This document shows positions 22,994 to 24,000 of a stretch of 24,000 nucleotides of DNA, in pieces (position 1 is the first letter of the stretch; every line of letters begins with the position of its first letter). The DNA comes from an uncultured bacterium (GTDB lineage Bacteria > Bacillota > Clostridia > Oscillospirales > Acutalibacteraceae): the NCBI GenBank assembly GCA_934875675.1, contig CAKXIK010000019.1, positions 21,894 through 45,893 of the forward strand. Reading direction: 5' to 3'. Position numbers and translations under genes: made by a program. The notes under the pieces were generated by a model. That model was not told where the DNA came from, searched no databases, and saw only the letters and a list, made by a program, of their open reading frames with translations.

Positions 22994-24000
22994 ATGAAGC
23001 TTGGAATCGTTGGTTTGCCGAACGTCGGCAAGAGTACCCTGTTCAATGCAATTACCAATGCGGGCGCACAGTCTGCAAACTACCCGTTCTGCACCATTGA
23101 GCCGAACGTCGGTGTGGTTGCCGTACCGGACGAACGTCTTGACCGGCTTGCCGAGATGTACCATCCGGAAAAATATACCCCGGCGTCCATCGAGTTTGTG
23201 GACATTGCCGGTTTGGTTCGCGGTGCAAGCAAGGGAGAGGGTTTGGGTAATAAGTTCCTCGCAAATATCCGCGAGGTGGATGCCATTGTGCATGTGGTGC
23301 GCTGCTTTGTCAACGACGATATCGTGCATGTGAATGGCAGCATTGACCCCGCACGCGATATTGAGACGATTAATCTGGAGCTGGGGCTTTCCGATTTAGA
23401 AATGATCGAGCGCCGCATCGATAAAACCCAGAAGCTGCTCAAGGGCGACAAAAGCTATCAGGTGGAGCTGGAGCTGCTTGGCCGCGTGCGGGATGCGCTC
23501 AATGAAGGCAGATCGGTTCGTACAGTGGAATGTACCGATGAAGAGGCGGAAATCCTTTCCACTATCGCGCTGTTGACCAACAAGCCGGTTATTTATGCGG
23601 CAAATATGAGCGAGGCGGATTTCTCGGCTGGAATTGAGAAGAACCCCTATCTTGGAATTGTGGAAAAGATTGCAGCAGAGGAAAACGCTGCCGTGCTGCC
23701 CATCTGCGCCGAGATTGAGGCTGAAATTTCGGGCATGGAACCGGAAGAAAAGGAAGTTTTCCTTGCAGATATGGGGCTGAAAGAATCCGGGCTTGATCGC
23801 CTCATTAAAGAATGCTACAGCCTGCTTGGGTTGATCTCCTATCTCACCGCAGGTCCGCAGGAGGTTCGTGCATGGACAATTACCCGCGGAACTAAGGCAC
23901 CGCAGGCAGCGGGTAAAATTCACACGGATTTTGAGCGCGGATTTATTCGGGCCGAAGTGGTTGCATATAATGACCTCATGGCATGCGGAACCATGGCAGC
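22994..24000 (+). CDS. ychF: Redox-regulated ATPase YchF (Obg-like GTPase family); 3' end lies beyond the window
   Basis: Absent from the ORF track because there is no stop in the window. An AAAGGAG SD is followed by the ATG at 22994. The translation MKLGIVGLPNVGKSTLFNAITNAGAQSANYPFCTIEPNVGVVAVPDERLDRL...IEFVDIAGLVRGASKGEGLGNKFLANIREVDAIVHVVRCF...TAGPQEVRAWTI..GTKAPQAAGKIHTDFERGFIRAEV is near-canonical YchF. Confidence 0.95.
   Translation, partial: MKLGIVGLPNVGKSTLFNAITNAGAQSANYPFCTIEPNVGVVAVPDERLDRLAEMYHPEKYTPASIEFVDIAGLVRGASKGEGLGNKFLANIREVDAIVHVVRCFVNDDIVHVNGSIDPARDIETINLELGLSDLEMIERRIDKTQKLLKGDKSYQVELELLGRVRDALNEGRSVRTVECTDEEAEILSTIALLTNKPVIYAANMSEADFSAGIEKNPYLGIVEKIAAEENAAVLPICAEIEAEISGMEPEEKEVFLADMGLKESGLDRLIKECYSLLGLISYLTAGPQEVRAWTITRGTKAPQAAGKIHTDFERGFIRAEVVAYNDLMACGTMA

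Noticed and set aside
22781-23923. Minus-strand ORFs 22781..23329, 23080..23451 and 23396..23923, plus 23001..23333 (+)
   Set aside because: They overlap the unmistakable ychF reading frame, which the track omits only because it has no stop in the window. They are shadow ORFs.
1-24000. Scan for CRISPR arrays, tRNA/rRNA genes, IS elements, integrases, toxin-antitoxin pairs or known phage-defence genes
   Set aside because: None was seen. There are no regularly spaced repeats, no cloverleaf-like GC-rich stems, no DDE, tyrosine or serine recombinase motifs, and no nuclease or ATPase defence signatures in any long ORF.

Overview
The window looks like Firmicutes/Clostridia-type chromosomal DNA, judged by SD-led genes, sigma-A-like promoters and gene content. 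I saw no rRNA, tRNA, CRISPR array, transposase or integrase. Gene order, left to right: (1) a sugar-acid block: uxuA 5' end, an AraC regulator and a Gfo/Idh/MocA oxidoreductase. (2) A cell-envelope decoration block: a vanW-dltA-dltC-like operon with a convergent MFS transporter, a small Smr protein, a YfbR-type HD nucleotidase, two unknown membrane proteins, then a GT-C glycosyltransferase + YfhO + GtrB/CsbB-like GT2 module. (3) An AT-rich signalling module, the most interesting part: a consensus promoter, a GEMM-I (c-di-GMP-I) riboswitch-like leader with its own terminator, a DUF5317-like membrane protein, a 174-aa membrane protein, AgrB and an AgrD precursor of 41 codons that the ORF track misses. 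A membrane-anchored GGDEF + HD-GYP enzyme follows, and no AgrC/AgrA is present in the window. (4) Housekeeping genes: GH29 alpha-L-fucosidase, an Orn/Lys/Arg-decarboxylase-family PLP enzyme and the ychF 5' part. All calls rest on reading motifs by eye. No database search or covariance model was run.
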